Source of the DNA: Chloroflexota bacterium
Lineage (GTDB): Bacteria > Chloroflexota > Dehalococcoidia > SZUA-161 > SpSt-899
DNA length: 64,000 nucleotides
Direction: 5' to 3'
Assembly (NCBI GenBank): GCA_013203045.1
Contig: JABMQN010000003.1
Coordinates: 18,073 to 82,072 of the forward strand
Made by a program: the position numbers and the translations under genes. A model generated the notes under the pieces. That model did not search any database. It had not been told where the DNA came from and saw only the letters and a program-made list of their open reading frames with translations. Shown in pieces: positions 28,695 through 38,395 of the stretch (positions are counted from its first letter, which is position 1; each line of letters opens with the position of its first letter).

Positions 28695-29147
28695 ATGACT
28701 GAACAACAAAACCAGTTTTCCCCGATATGCCAGCTTGGCTATGTAGTGAGTGATATTCAGAAGACATGTGAGTATTATCAAAGGATATTTGGCATGGAGT
28801 TTTCAGAAGTAATCGATGTCGATATGGATGGTGCCATCCTGCGCGGCAAGCCGGTTAATACCAAGATAAAGGTTGCTTTTGCCAAGTCGGGCGACCTCGA
28901 ACTTGAACTGATTCAACCAGTTGAAGGCGAGAATCTGTACACCGAATTTCTTGCTAGCAATGGTGATGGCATTCATCATATTGCCTTTCCAGTGGATGAT
29001 ATGGATGCCATGAAAGCGGAATTTGCCAAGAAAGGTCTGGAGCCGCTGTTCTACAAAGACATGGGTGTAATGGAATTCGCGTATTTTGATACCACTGAGT
29101 TTGGTGGAACGATGACCGAATTTCACTATTGGAAAATGGAAACGTAG
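28695..29147 (+). CDS. VOC (glyoxalase/bleomycin-resistance/dioxygenase) family protein
   Basis: Paired beta-alpha-beta-beta-beta modules with metal-ligand positions (LGYVV...HHIAF...E). Paralog of 43007..43471. Confidence 0.7.
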   Translation: MTEQQNQFSPICQLGYVVSDIQKTCEYYQRIFGMEFSEVIDVDMDGAILRGKPVNTKIKVAFAKSGDLELELIQPVEGENLYTEFLASNGDGIHHIAFPVDDMDAMKAEFAKKGLEPLFYKDMGVMEFAYFDTTEFGGTMTEFHYWKMET

Positions 29148-29225
29148 CGCGAGGCTTCAGCCTCGCACCCAAGCGATCCTGAAGAAGTAGGATGGGTGCA
29201 GCGAAGCATAACCCATCACAACTGA
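29141..29225. repeat. REP-like composite repeat (GAAACGTAGCGCGAGGCTTCAGCCTCGC ... GCGATCCTGAAG ...) overlapping the stop codon of the VOC gene
   Basis: Same motif as 7481-7570 and 16706-16735. Confidence 0.65.
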
Positions 29226-29305
29226 ACAATGATGATAACAGAGTGGATGGTGGGTTACATTGCATTTCACCCACCCTACCACTTGGAACGAAGGAGTCCA
29301 GGAAG

Positions 29306-31504
29306 ATGAGTAAAAGCAGCACGGAAAACGTTATTACCACTACTTGTGCCGCACACTGTGGCGGTGGTTGTCCTCTGAAAGCCCACGTTAAAGATGGTGT
29401 CATCACCAGGATCGAAGCGGACGATGATAGCGATAATACCCAGGTTCGGGCATGCTTGCGCGGGCGTTCTTGGAGGCAAAGGATATATCACCCCGATCGA
29501 CTCAAGCAACCAATGAAGCGTGTGGGGCCTCGAGGGAGCGGCCAGTTCGAACCGATCTCGTGGGATGAGGCTTTAGATACCATCGCCAGCGAGATCAAAC
29601 GGATCATCGATACTCACGGACCTGCTTCCATTGTTCACTGGGTGTCCGGTGGAGATCAGGGAATGCTGCATGACACCTGGCGGCGCATGAGTCGGCTTTT
29701 CTGCATGATGGAAGGAGGAGGTTACACTCGACCCTGGGGTTTGCATTCCTACGAGGGCGGTATATTCGCCGAACTTACCTGCTTTGGAATGGGCTGGACG
29801 GCTCATACCCGTGATGATTTTCTCAATTCCAAACTGATCATTATGTGGGGATGGGATCCGGCGACCACCATTCAGGATAGCAATACCGCATGGTATCTGG
29901 CTCAGGCCAAAGAAGCCGGAGTCAAGATCATATCGGTTGACCCAAGATTCACCGTCTCAACTGCTACATTCGCCAACCACTGGATACCCATCCGGCCAGG
30001 CTCGGATACGGCAATGCTGGTTGCTATGGCAAATGTGATGGTAACCGAAAACCTCCAGGACCAGGCATTCTTAGATAAGTTCACTGTTGGATTTGATGCG
30101 TTTAAAGATTACATTTTGGGCAATGAAGATGGTGTAGCTAAAACCCCGGAATGGGCATCCGAAATCACCAGAATCCCGGCGGATACCATCCGAAAACTAG
30201 CTCGGGAATATGCCACCACTAAACCGGCTGCACTCATTACCGGAATCGGGCCTGGACGAACGGCTTATGGTGAGCAATACCATCGAGCAGCTATCACACT
30301 GGCAGCGATGACCGGAAATATCGGCAAACCCGGCGGATCGTGTGGTGGCAAGTCATGGGGACCGCATGCTCTGGGAAGAATGGGATCGGGTCCCAAGATA
30401 CCGCCGAACCCAGTAGACCAGACCATTCCCAATCCGGAAGGCAAGCTTCCCAATCGTAATTATTATATTTATGGTTATGGTATCATCAATGTCTTTAGGC
30501 TCACCGATGCCATTATCAAGGGGAAATCCGGCGGCTACTCGGCCGACTACAAACTGCTATGGATAACCAATGCTAACCCTCTTAACCAATGGCCTAACAC
30601 CAACAAAACCATTGAGGCCTTTAACAAACTGGATTTGGTGGTTACTGAAGAGCAGTTCATGACACCAACGGCTCAGTACGCCGATATTGTGCTCCCATCG
30701 ACTACTTTCTTCGAAAGGGCCGATATTACCATGGGAGCCGCAGTGCCAGTCTTCTATGCCTATCGGAACAAAATCATTGAACCTATAGACGAAGCCAGAA
30801 CGCCGATGGATGTGGCCACTGAACTGGCTGAAAGGCTCAACTTAGAAGGTTTTAATGATAAAACTGACGAAGAATGGCTCGATGCGATACTCGAAAAAAG
30901 CACCGTCCCCGATCATGAAGCGATTAAAAAAGACGGTATCTATAAGATTGATCTTCCTGAACCCAATGTACCCTTCCGTGCACAGATTGAGGATCCGGAA
31001 AACAATCCCTTTTATACCCCTTCCGGAAAGATAGAAATCTACTCTCAGACCATCGCTGATATGAATGTGCCTGATTGCCCTCCGATTCCCAAATATATCG
31101 AACCGTGGGAGAGCCCGAACGATCCACTGGCAAAGAAATACCCTTTGCAGCTCATTACCACCCACACTCGAAGACGGGCACATACCCAATTTGATAATGT
31201 CCCCTGGTTACGAGAATTAGACCCGCATTCAATAAAGATAAATGTAATTGATGCTGAAGCCAGGGGGATCAAGGATGGTGATTTGGTTAGGGTTTTTAAT
31301 GATCGTGGTACAATGATTATTCCGGTAAAACTTATTGAAACGATCATTCCAGGGGTGGTCGATCTTCCTCAGGGTGCCTGGTTCGATCCTGATGAGAATG
31401 GAATTGATCGCGGTGGTTGTGCCAATGTACTTTCTATTGATAGACCTTCCCCCGGCGGGGCTTTACCTTCCAATACCGGTCTGGTTCAGATCGAAAAAGC
31501 CTGA
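29306..31504 (+). CDS. molybdopterin/tungstopterin oxidoreductase, MopB superfamily, cytoplasmic, copy 2
   Basis: N-terminal TTTCAAHCGGGCP...DGVITRIEADDD 4Fe-4S motif, ...YHPDRLKQPMKRVGPRGSGQFEPISWDEALDTIA..., and C-terminal molydop-binding domain. ATG 29306 with AAGGAG RBS. No Tat signal. Confidence 0.85.
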   Translation: MSKSSTENVITTTCAAHCGGGCPLKAHVKDGVITRIEADDDSDNTQVRACLRGRSWRQRIYHPDRLKQPMKRVGPRGSGQFEPISWDEALDTIASEIKRIIDTHGPASIVHWVSGGDQGMLHDTWRRMSRLFCMMEGGGYTRPWGLHSYEGGIFAELTCFGMGWTAHTRDDFLNSKLIIMWGWDPATTIQDSNTAWYLAQAKEAGVKIISVDPRFTVSTATFANHWIPIRPGSDTAMLVAMANVMVTENLQDQAFLDKFTVGFDAFKDYILGNEDGVAKTPEWASEITRIPADTIRKLAREYATTKPAALITGIGPGRTAYGEQYHRAAITLAAMTGNIGKPGGSCGGKSWGPHALGRMGSGPKIPPNPVDQTIPNPEGKLPNRNYYIYGYGIINVFRLTDAIIKGKSGGYSADYKLLWITNANPLNQWPNTNKTIEAFNKLDLVVTEEQFMTPTAQYADIVLPSTTFFERADITMGAAVPVFYAYRNKIIEPIDEARTPMDVATELAERLNLEGFNDKTDEEWLDAILEKSTVPDHEAIKKDGIYKIDLPEPNVPFRAQIEDPENNPFYTPSGKIEIYSQTIADMNVPDCPPIPKYIEPWESPNDPLAKKYPLQLITTHTRRRAHTQFDNVPWLRELDPHSIKINVIDAEARGIKDGDLVRVFNDRGTMIIPVKLIETIIPGVVDLPQGAWFDPDENGIDRGGCANVLSIDRPSPGGALPSNTGLVQIEKA

Positions 31505-31539
31505 CATTTTTGCGGCTAAACTCACCGTATGGAGATAGT

Positions 31540-31992
31540 ATGGAGTTATGTTACTATGAAGATTACGAGGTTGGACAAATACTCGTTTCAGACACGTATA
31601 CGATAGATAAAACCGAACTAGTGGAATTCTCAAAGAAATGGGATCCACAACTATATCACATTGATGAAGAAGCAGCTATAGAGTCGATTTACGGGGGTTT
31701 GACGGCACCATCTTCGCTGATAATGGCGGTAGCAAGCCGACTTGGAAACACGATTCTACCAAAATGTGCTGCGATGGGTGCTCTGGGGATGACGGATCAA
31801 GAGTTCCCTAATCCCATGAGACCGGGTGACCACATCACCCTTAAATCAACAGTAACTCAGAAGAGACGCTCGAAAACGAAATTAGATCGGGGGATCGTTC
31901 ATTTTGCTGTCCAACTTGTCAATCATGATGATGAACCGATTACCACGTATCGCACCAAGATAATGGTGGCCAAGCGGAATAATTCGGCATAA
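31540..31992 (+). CDS. MaoC-like (R)-hydratase hot-dog domain protein, subunit 1
   Basis: MELCYYEDYEVGQ...FSKKWDPQLYHIDEEAA is the MaoC dehydratase N-terminus. The track ORF starts 30 nt earlier at TTG, so the start is uncertain. Confidence 0.75.
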   Translation: MELCYYEDYEVGQILVSDTYTIDKTELVEFSKKWDPQLYHIDEEAAIESIYGGLTAPSSLIMAVASRLGNTILPKCAAMGALGMTDQEFPNPMRPGDHITLKSTVTQKRRSKTKLDRGIVHFAVQLVNHDDEPITTYRTKIMVAKRNNSA

Positions 31993-31993
31993 C

Positions 31994-32452
31994 GTGGAAG
32001 TTAAATTTAAAATGCTTTACTTCGAGGACTTCGAGTTAAACCAAACGTTTGATACTGGCAGTTACATTGTGGATAAGGATGAAGCAATCGAGTTTGCTAA
32101 GAAATGGGATCCTCAGATATATCACATCGATGAAGAGGCGGCAAAGAAGAGCATTTATGGTGGTTTGACTGTGCCGTCATCGTATATGATCGCCGTTAGT
32201 GATTTGTTGAATACCAGTTATTTCCCTGAAGCGGCAGTTATTGCTGCTCTGGGAAGGCAAGATATGGAGTTTCCTAATCCTGCCCGGCCAGGTGATCGGC
32301 TTACGTGTTTAAATCAAACAATCGAGAGACGTGAGTCGAAGACCAAACCGGATCGGGGGATACTGCGTAATCGTATTGAGCTAAAAAACCAAAATGATGA
32401 AATTGTCCTGAGTTACGTGGTCACGACCATGATATCCAAACGACTTGTGTAA
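31994..32452 (+). CDS. MaoC-like hydratase hot-dog domain protein, subunit 2 (paralog)
   Basis: MLYFEDFELNQ...FAKKWDPQIYHIDEEAA, about 45% identical to the upstream paralog. Start may be GTG 31994 or ATG 32012. Confidence 0.75.
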   Translation: MEVKFKMLYFEDFELNQTFDTGSYIVDKDEAIEFAKKWDPQIYHIDEEAAKKSIYGGLTVPSSYMIAVSDLLNTSYFPEAAVIAALGRQDMEFPNPARPGDRLTCLNQTIERRESKTKPDRGILRNRIELKNQNDEIVLSYVVTTMISKRLV

Positions 32453-32473
32453 AGATACACTAAGGAGGTCAAA

Positions 32474-33280
32474 ATGCAGAACGAAAATATGATCAGCAAA
32501 ATTCGAGAAGGCGGAGTCGCACAGGGCGCTGAGCACGCTGAAGAACGTAAACGATTGCTAACGGAAGATCTTGGTTATCGGACCGCTGAAAAAGCTGAAT
32601 ATGCTCTAATTGCGAGTTGTTTCAATCCACTGCTTGAACCTCAGGATATGAAAGCCTTTGCCAAACTGTTGGAGTATTATAAAGTCGACTATACCCTTCT
32701 TCCCAAAGAATATTGCTGTGGTGATCCTTTCTATTTGCACTATGTTAATGACAAGCATGAAGGTGATCTTGAGCAAGCAGATGAACTTAGCAAAGAGTTT
32801 TTTGAGGAAAATCTGAAACAGGCGAGGAACGCTGATGCAACCAAAATTCTTGCCTATTGTGCCGGCTGTGACATGGCTTTCCAACGGTTCAGTGATAGTG
32901 TTCCCGAAGAGATAATGTGGCATCCCACGTTACTGGCTCAACTGTTCCAGGGAGGTAAGCTTGAGCTTGAGGCCGATTTCTACCCCGGTTGTCATCGGTA
33001 TCGTCAGGAGCTCAACAACTCTCTGCCGGACCTCGATGCAGTTCGCACTGTCCTAAGTAAAATAGAAGGGCTCGAACTAACTGAGTTCGGCAGCGAATTG
33101 TGTTGCATGAAGCCGGATGAGTTGGAGTCACTGGTCCCATTAATCAAACACAAGACGATCATAACACCATGCTCCGGTTGTACCCTCTTTCTCAGAAAAG
33201 CTCTCGCAGAGCAGGGCGATTATCGGGTATTCATGCTGTCCGAAGTGGTCTGGGCTGCCGTTGACGGTCACCCTCTATAA
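32474..33280 (+). CDS. HdrB-like protein with two CCG (Cys-rich) domains
   Basis: CCG motifs EYCCGDPF and ELCCMKPD, plus additional Cys (AYCAGC, PCSGC). ATG with AAGGAGG RBS. Confidence 0.7.
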   Translation: MQNENMISKIREGGVAQGAEHAEERKRLLTEDLGYRTAEKAEYALIASCFNPLLEPQDMKAFAKLLEYYKVDYTLLPKEYCCGDPFYLHYVNDKHEGDLEQADELSKEFFEENLKQARNADATKILAYCAGCDMAFQRFSDSVPEEIMWHPTLLAQLFQGGKLELEADFYPGCHRYRQELNNSLPDLDAVRTVLSKIEGLELTEFGSELCCMKPDELESLVPLIKHKTIITPCSGCTLFLRKALAEQGDYRVFMLSEVVWAAVDGHPL

Positions 33281-33302
33281 TCTTCATTAAAAGGATTAGT
33301 CA

Positions 33303-33698
33303 ATGCCTAAAGAGCTTCCCAAACCGGAAGATTACAGCGCCTTTTCTAAACTGCTCAGGTTGAGCTACCCAGTCTATGAGGACGGCGTTTGTAAGGCTAC
33401 TCTTGAAATCGACGATCGATTGCTCAATAATTATGGAACCGCTCATGGGGGAGTGATTTACTCGATAGCCGATGTCGCGATGGGCGCAGCGCTGTGGTCT
33501 ATTTTGGATGACGATGAAATATGTAAGACAATAGAGGTGAAGATCAATTATGTCAAACCTGCTTTCCCAGGCACTTTAACTTGTGAAGCTAAAGTTTTGG
33601 GCAGAACGAGAAAGATCGGGACAGTTGAATCGGAAGTTATCAGTGATGGGCAAGTTATTGCTAAAACGAAAGGTAAATTCCATATATCCAAAGTATGA
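33303..33698 (+). CDS. PaaI-type hot-dog thioesterase
   Basis: GTAHGGVIYSIADVAMGAAL motif. Confidence 0.8.
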   Translation: MPKELPKPEDYSAFSKLLRLSYPVYEDGVCKATLEIDDRLLNNYGTAHGGVIYSIADVAMGAALWSILDDDEICKTIEVKINYVKPAFPGTLTCEAKVLGRTRKIGTVESEVISDGQVIAKTKGKFHISKV

Positions 33699-33719
33699 CT
33701 CGATGTAAGTGAGGATTGG

Positions 33720-34160
33720 ATGAAACCACAAGGTGTCAATCGGATAGTTATAGCGGTAAAGGACCTTGAAAAGAGTAAAGAATTCTACTCGAAATTACTC
33801 GGAGCTACATTTCATGATGCAAACGGTACCGGTGAACCTATGGGCATAAATGTAGCCATCAGTTGGGATGCTGGAATAGAATTAATCGCACCCATACCTG
33901 GGAAGAACGTCTTTCTTGAGCAACTCATCGAACAGAATGGAGAGGGAATTCAGGCTGTGGTATTCGAGGTGGATGATGCGGATGAAGCTCGCGATATGGC
34001 TGAAAGTGCTGAAATGAATGTTCTGGTGCCGGTTGATTACAGCCAGGAAGAGATTGACCAGCATTTGGAGGGGATGTTCACAAAATACAAGGAATACGTG
34101 CTGGATTCAACGGCCAAGTGTGGCTACACCGTAATGCTGGGACAAATCGAGCCAAAATAA
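33720..34160 (+). CDS. VOC/glyoxalase-fold protein
   Basis: VNRIVIAVKDLEKSKEFYSKLLG ... GIQAVVFEVDD, a two-module VOC pattern. Confidence 0.6.
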   Translation: MKPQGVNRIVIAVKDLEKSKEFYSKLLGATFHDANGTGEPMGINVAISWDAGIELIAPIPGKNVFLEQLIEQNGEGIQAVVFEVDDADEARDMAESAEMNVLVPVDYSQEEIDQHLEGMFTKYKEYVLDSTAKCGYTVMLGQIEPK

Positions 34161-34183
34161 AAGCAGAATGGAGGAATCAGATT

Positions 34184-34519
34184 ATGATCAAAACAATCGC
34201 ACTGATTCACCGGAAAGAAGGGATTTCGAGAGAGGAATTTGCCAAACATTATGAAGAGTCACATGCACCATTGGCAGTGAAACTCTTCCCACAGATCAAG
34301 AAATATATACGAAATCATATTGTAGAAATTCCCGGAATGGAAGGCCCGGAATTTGACTGTATCAGTGAATTCTGGTTCGACAATGTTGAAGATGCTCTGG
34401 CGGTAGCCGAGATCGCTCAATCAGAAGCTGGACAAGCTATTCGAGATGACGAAGACAAATTCATGAATAGCAGCAAGACGATCTCGTTAATGGTGGATGA
34501 AAGAGTTTCGGATATTTAG
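34184..34519 (+). CDS. EthD-domain protein (dimeric alpha/beta-barrel)
   Basis: MIKTIALIHRKEGISREEFAKHYEESHAPL... is the typical EthD N-terminus. ATG 34184 with GGAGG RBS. Confidence 0.7.
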   Translation: MIKTIALIHRKEGISREEFAKHYEESHAPLAVKLFPQIKKYIRNHIVEIPGMEGPEFDCISEFWFDNVEDALAVAEIAQSEAGQAIRDDEDKFMNSSKTISLMVDERVSDI

Positions 34520-34524
34520 GATTA

Positions 34525-34620
34525 GTTCGTACTTCGACAGGCTCAGAACGAACGTTTCTCCCGATTACAATTTTCTGCTTCCGCTCGTCCTGAGTTTATC
34601 GAAGGGTGAGCGTGGAACAT
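34525..34620. repeat. degenerate member of the GTCATTCTGAGC repeat family between the two EthD paralogs
   Basis: Contains GCTCAGAACGAACG and CGTCCTGAGTTTATCGAAGGGTGAGCG resembling the termini/internal motifs at 7471 and 8482. Confidence 0.4.
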
Positions 34621-34633
34621 ATGTGAGATAGAT

Positions 34634-34966
34634 ATGATCAAGACAATTGCATTGCTTAAAAGAAAGCCGGGCCTTTCACGCGAGGAATTTGTTGAGCACT
34701 ATGAAGATGTCCATGTACCGCTAATAATGAAGCATTCGACTGGGCTCAATAAATATGTGCGGAATCACATACTTGCCTTAGCCGAAAGTGAAGAAGCGGA
34801 GTATGACTGTATCACCGAACTCTGGTATGAGGATATGGAAGCTTTCAAGTCCTCCGTAAACGTGTGGGGAACGGAGGCTGGGAAGGTGATCATAAATGAC
34901 GAGAACAGGTTTATAGACAGGAGTAAGATCGTATTTTTCATGGTGGATGAAAGGGTTTCCGATTGA
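34634..34966 (+). CDS. EthD-domain protein (paralog)
   Basis: MIKTIALLKRKPGLSREEFVEHYEDVHVPL, about 45% identical to 34184..34519. Confidence 0.7.
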   Translation: MIKTIALLKRKPGLSREEFVEHYEDVHVPLIMKHSTGLNKYVRNHILALAESEEAEYDCITELWYEDMEAFKSSVNVWGTEAGKVIINDENRFIDRSKIVFFMVDERVSD

Positions 34967-34997
34967 TCGAGATCCAAGGTGAAAGGAGATTAGGGTG

Positions 34998-35762
34998 ATG
35001 GATGTACCTGATTTGTCTCTCAAGGGCAAGATAGCGATAGTTACCGGAAGTAGCAAAGGGATAGGGAAAAAACTGGCCGAGGGATTCGCCGAGGCCGGAG
35101 CTTCTGTAGTCCTTGCGGCTCGTACTGCTTCTAAATTGGAAACCACTGTTAGCGAAATCACGTCCCGAGGCGGAAAGGTAATAGCTGTGCCTACGGATGT
35201 CACTGATAGTACGCAGGTTTCGCGAATGGTGGAGAAGGCTTTGGAATCATTTGGGCGAATAGACGTTTTGGTGAATGTCGCAGGTGGCGCTGGTCGAGAT
35301 GCCTTTATCCCTCTTTTAGAAATGGAAGAAGATAAGTGGGATTCCATAGTTGACTTGAATTTAAAGAGTGTTTATCTTTGCTGTCGTGCGGTTGGTCGAG
35401 TGATGACTGAACAAAAGAGCGGTAGTATAATCAATTTTAGTTCGGGTGCTGGTACTCGGCCGGTTGTCGGAGAAACCCACTATGGAGCTGCTAAAGCGGG
35501 GGTAAATCACTTTACCAGGGTTCTCGCAACGGAATGGGGACGCTATAATATTCGTGTAAATGTCATTTCACCGGGCCTGATAGCCACTGAAAGTGCACAG
35601 GAATGGGTAAGTTCCGATCTATTCGAAAAGTTCGCCAAAGCGATTCCCTTGGGGAGAGCGGGTCAGCCGGAAGATATACTGGGTGCTGCTCTTTTTCTGG
35701 CCTCGGAGGCATCGGCTTTTGTTAGCGGGGTTATTATTCCAGTAGGTGGTGGACCCGAATAG
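34998..35762 (+). CDS. SDR-family oxidoreductase
   Basis: TGSSKGIG Rossmann motif and catalytic YxxxK (YGAAK). Confidence 0.85.
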   Translation: MDVPDLSLKGKIAIVTGSSKGIGKKLAEGFAEAGASVVLAARTASKLETTVSEITSRGGKVIAVPTDVTDSTQVSRMVEKALESFGRIDVLVNVAGGAGRDAFIPLLEMEEDKWDSIVDLNLKSVYLCCRAVGRVMTEQKSGSIINFSSGAGTRPVVGETHYGAAKAGVNHFTRVLATEWGRYNIRVNVISPGLIATESAQEWVSSDLFEKFAKAIPLGRAGQPEDILGAALFLASEASAFVSGVIIPVGGGPE

Positions 35763-35779
35763 GGTAAGAAGGAGGAATC

Positions 35780-36544
35780 ATGAATCTGCCAAATTTCTCT
35801 GTTGAAGGGAAGGTTACAATAGTCACCGGAGCAAGTCGAGGGATAGGTAATGCACTGGCAAAGGGTTTTGCTGAAGCTGGTGCTCCTGTGGTACTTGTTG
35901 CTCGCACGGTTTCTGAATTGGAAGCGACAGCTGAAGAGATCACCGCAAATGGCGGTAAAGCGTTGGTTGTTCCCACGGATGTTATCCAGCGTGATCAGTT
36001 GAACAAAATGGTACAGAAGACCATTATCGAATTTGGGCGGATAGACGTACTGCTCAACGTAGCAGGCGGAGCAGGTGACATCTATGTGATCCCCCCTATT
36101 CAAATGTTGGAGGAAAACTACGACGAGCTTCACGAGAGGAACTATAAAAGTGTCTTTCTATGCAATCAAGCCGTTGCGAAAGTGATGATAGAACAGCAAC
36201 ATGGGAGCATCGTTAATATCAGCTCGCTTTCCGGCACAAAGGCAGTTGCTTTGGAAGCCGTCGTGGGGGGGCTCAAAGCTGCCGTGAATCAGATGACTAA
36301 GGCATTAGCCGTGTCGTGGGGTCCCTACAACGTACGGGTCAATGCTATTGCACCGGGGATAACACTTACGGAACGGGTTAAGAAGAAACTGGGACCAGAA
36401 TTTATCGAACAGTTTTCGGAGAGTATTCCCCTTAGAAAGGCGGCTGAGCCCGAAGATCATCTTGGGCCGGCTATGTTCCTTGCTTCCGATGCCTCAGCGT
36501 ATATCACAGGTATTGTTCTGCCCTCAGATGGTGGTCCTCAATAG
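35780..36544 (+). CDS. SDR-family oxidoreductase (paralog)
   Basis: TGASRGIGNA and SGTKA...K motifs. Confidence 0.85.
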   Translation: MNLPNFSVEGKVTIVTGASRGIGNALAKGFAEAGAPVVLVARTVSELEATAEEITANGGKALVVPTDVIQRDQLNKMVQKTIIEFGRIDVLLNVAGGAGDIYVIPPIQMLEENYDELHERNYKSVFLCNQAVAKVMIEQQHGSIVNISSLSGTKAVALEAVVGGLKAAVNQMTKALAVSWGPYNVRVNAIAPGITLTERVKKKLGPEFIEQFSESIPLRKAAEPEDHLGPAMFLASDASAYITGIVLPSDGGPQ

Positions 36545-36561
36545 GATATTACTGAAGTCAT

Positions 36562-37116
36562 TTATCGGTCCAGCTTGAATTCCCATTGGCAGCAGATATC
36601 GGAATAGTCGGTCCTGGGCGGTACTTTCAGAGGAGTGACTTCGATATCAGGATTGAAGAAGTGGGAAATAGTATCAAAGGTCCAGGGTGTTATTTCCTGG
36701 CACTGATGCTTTTCTCTCCCTTTACCTTCCCTCTCCAGTGCGAATAGAGTAGGGCACGTGTATTTTGTCAGTATGGCATGGTCGCGGTTCTTAATATCGA
36801 TGGTGTATTCGCAAAGTGAAAGCCACGGATTGACTTGCATGTACTTCATCACGGCGGCTACGTCATCACCGTGAATGTTCAGCACATCGGTCATTGCCTT
36901 TAATTCAAAGGACTGGGCCTTTTCCCATACTTTAACGTCGCAATCATAGGCCTCATCCTTGCCCCATTTCTCCATCGCGGCGAGATACCAGAAGCCATCA
37001 ATCCTCAGAATATACTCCCGATATGCCTTAAGCAGCTTAAGAAGTACATCCTTGCTGAAACGGGCATGATCGAATTCCGGATCGAATTCACCACTATAGT
37101 CGATTAGTTCAGACAA
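36562..37116 (-). CDS. conserved hypothetical protein with Cys motif ...CPTL...C...CCQWEFKL (tandem paralog A)
   Basis: 184 aa, about 55% identical to the adjacent gene. No recognisable catalytic motif. Confidence 0.6.
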   Translation of the reverse strand: MSELIDYSGEFDPEFDHARFSKDVLLKLLKAYREYILRIDGFWYLAAMEKWGKDEAYDCDVKVWEKAQSFELKAMTDVLNIHGDDVAAVMKYMQVNPWLSLCEYTIDIKNRDHAILTKYTCPTLFALEREGKGREKHQCQEITPWTFDTISHFFNPDIEVTPLKVPPRTDYSDICCQWEFKLDR

Positions 37117-37128
37117 ATTGTTCTCTCT

Positions 37129-37677
37129 TTAAAGCTTGAATTCCCATTGGCAACATATATCAGAGTAGTCGGTTCTGGGGGGCACCTTAAGTGGAGTGAC
37201 CTTGATTTGTGGATTGAAGAAATGGGCCATCATATGCATGAATCTTGAGTCGATTTCCCGACACTGCCGTTCCTCTCGTCCCTGGCCTTCTTTTTCAAGA
37301 GCGAGCAGGGTTGGACAGGTGATGTGGGTCAAAATCGCCCGGTTATTGTTGATAACTTCCAGAGTATATTCCGTAATAGCGATCCAGGGGCATGCTTGCA
37401 TGTATTTGGCAAATGCTGCAACATCATTGCCTTTGATGTTGAGTGTGCTGCTGATTGCCTGGAGTTCAAATAGCTTGGCTTTTTCCCAAACCTTGATGTC
37501 GCACTCCACAGCCTCATCGTTGCCCCACTTCTCCATAACGGTCAGGTACCAGAATGCATCGATCTTACGGATGTATTCGGAATAAGTTTCGAGAAGCTTG
37601 AGAAGCGTTTCTTTTGCAAATTTATCATGGCTGAATTCGGGATCGAATTCGCCACTGTAGTCGATTAGTTCTACCAT
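37129..37677 (-). CDS. conserved hypothetical protein (tandem paralog B of 36562..37116)
   Basis: MVELIDYSGEFDPEF... matches MSELIDYSGEFDPEF of paralog A. ATG 37677 chosen over the track extension to avoid overlap with the nitroreductase gene. Confidence 0.6.
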   Translation of the reverse strand: MVELIDYSGEFDPEFSHDKFAKETLLKLLETYSEYIRKIDAFWYLTVMEKWGNDEAVECDIKVWEKAKLFELQAISSTLNIKGNDVAAFAKYMQACPWIAITEYTLEVINNNRAILTHITCPTLLALEKEGQGREERQCREIDSRFMHMMAHFFNPQIKVTPLKVPPRTDYSDICCQWEFKL

Positions 37678-37684
37678 ATTCCCC

Positions 37685-38353
37685 TTAGTCGAAACCCAGC
37701 CAAGTGGTGATATCTTCAAGAGATTCGCGCGTACTCTGAAGTCTATTGGCCGGGAAATCCGGGTCCGGATAACCTATAGCAATTGACATCACTATTCGTT
37801 GAGAATCCGGGATTTTACAGACTTGTCTAGCGACTTCAGGAAAGAGTACTCCCTGACCGGCGATGCATGTTCCAAGCCCGTATCCCAAAGCAGCCATACA
37901 AATCGTCTGAGTAAGGCATCCGTGGTCGAATTGAGTAGGGGATTCATCCAGGGAATTGGAAGCGGTCAATATGATAGCTGCAGGCGCATCGTAAAACCGG
38001 AATCCTCTCTGAACCCAAGCCGTCCGTTTTTCTTTATCTTTCCGGTCGATACCCATATGTCCGTATAGCTGGGCTGCCAGTTTCATATGGCGCTCCTTGT
38101 ATACACCGGCGTGAAGATGCATATGGACTTCCGGATTGAAGGGTTCTCTGGCATTTAGTTTCTGGATATTGAGTCGGCGGATTTCATCCAGTGCTTTTCC
38201 AATGACAACCGTGATTTCCCAAGGTTGACCATTTTCAGCCGAAGGGGATCGGATTCCAAGTTCGAGCACTTTTTGCAGAATTTCCTTTGGAATTGGGTCG
38301 GGCTTGAACCCCCTTATGCTTTTGCGTTCTCTTATTCCTTCCAAAATATCCAT
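37685..38353 (-). CDS. nitroreductase-family FMN oxidoreductase
   Basis: RKSIRGFKPDPIPKE...SPSAENGQPWE is the nitroreductase signature. Confidence 0.8.
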   Translation of the reverse strand: MDILEGIRERKSIRGFKPDPIPKEILQKVLELGIRSPSAENGQPWEITVVIGKALDEIRRLNIQKLNAREPFNPEVHMHLHAGVYKERHMKLAAQLYGHMGIDRKDKEKRTAWVQRGFRFYDAPAAIILTASNSLDESPTQFDHGCLTQTICMAALGYGLGTCIAGQGVLFPEVARQVCKIPDSQRIVMSIAIGYPDPDFPANRLQSTRESLEDITTWLGFD

Positions 38354-38395
38354 CGTGTGATTCCTTTTGAGACACTAAGTATTTTCAGTATAGCA

